This document shows positions 63,338 to 64,000 of a DNA stretch of 64,000 bases, piece by piece (positions within the stretch are counted from its first letter, which is position 1; each line of letters starts with the position of its first letter). The DNA lies in assembly GCA_963827275.1 (NCBI GenBank), contig CAWHAA010000002.1, positions 256,001-320,000 on the forward strand, given 5' to 3'. The notes under the pieces were generated by a model. That model ran no database searches, was not told where the DNA came from, and saw only the letters and a program-made list of their open reading frames with translations. The position numbers were made by a program, and so were the translations under genes. This DNA is from an uncultured Spirochaetota bacterium. GTDB taxonomy: Bacteria; Spirochaetota; UBA4802; UBA5550.

Positions 63338-64000
63338 ATGGCACTTTTTGAAAGCTATGACAGAAGAATAAGCCAGGTAAATGCAGCGCTGAAAAAAAAC
63401 GGGATAGATTCCCTGGAACAGGCAAAAAAGATCTGTGACGACAGGGGCATAGATCCGTACAGCCATAGCGAAAGGCATTCAACCGATATGTTTTGAAAAT
63501 GTTTGCTGGGCGTATATAGCAGGTGCGGCAATAGCGATAAAGAAGGGTAATAAAAAAGCCGCCGAAGCTGCGGAAGCAATAGGCGAAGGACTGCAGGCTT
63601 TTTGCATCCCGGGTTCAGTCGCGGATGACAGGAAAGTCGGATTGGGACATGGAAACCTCGCGGCAATGCTCCTGCGCGATGAAACGAAATGCTTCGCCTT
63701 CCTCGCCGGGCATGAATCGTTTGCGGCCGCCGAAGGTGCAATCGGAATTGCGCGGTCGGCAAATAAAATAAGAAAACAACCCCTGAAGGTAATATTAAAC
63801 GGACTTGGAAAGGACGCCGCGCAGATTATATCAAGGATAAACGGCTTTACCTATGTGCAGACGAAATTTGACTACTATTCCGGAAAACTGACTATCGTCA
63901 AAGAGACGCAGTATTCAAAGGGCGATAAGGCGAAAGTCAGGTGCTACGGCGCGGATGACGTGCGGGAAGGCGTCGCTATCATGCACCACGAAGGTGTTGA
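63338..64000 (+). CDS. GGGtGRT family protein (3' partial; frameshift near 63462)
   Basis: MALFESYDRRI.., then IQPICFEN..WAY, FCIPGSVADDRKVGLGHGNL, FLAGHESFAAAEGAI after a one-base shift. Confidence 0.85.

Overview
This is a GC-rich bacterial chromosomal segment. Gene content (CHASE2 adenylate cyclase, PilZ proteins, YbjN-like chaperone, Maf/DUF115, many lipoproteins) suggests a free-living Spirochaetota-like anaerobe; this is inference only. It holds about 55 CDS, mostly housekeeping: ctpA, tsaD, radC, tatD-nadB, pyrBC, mtnP, a complete trpEGDCFBA operon, fused feoAB, rlmD, trkAH, a CPA2 antiporter, and an IscU-like/GGGtGRT pair. About a dozen single-base frameshifts hit conserved genes and are most likely sequencing or assembly indels. 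Non-coding features found by reading the sequence: (1) a dispersed ~115-bp element in five same-orientation copies (4320, 6093, 6702, 54606, 56030) that bracket the accessory genes cfa, a RelE-type toxin-antitoxin pair and a serine hydrolase, and sit next to a truncated chemoreceptor and a GLUG surface lipoprotein. This is the best candidate for an undescribed cassette or recombination system. (2) An unannotated Trp-Trp-Trp leader peptide with an attenuator hairpin, plus a tandem palindromic operator, ahead of trpE. (3) A fluoride riboswitch ahead of the antiporter. (4) Tandem DtxR-like boxes ahead of feoAB. (5) A 36-aa Lys-rich small ORF. No rRNA, tRNA, CRISPR array, transposase or integrase was seen.
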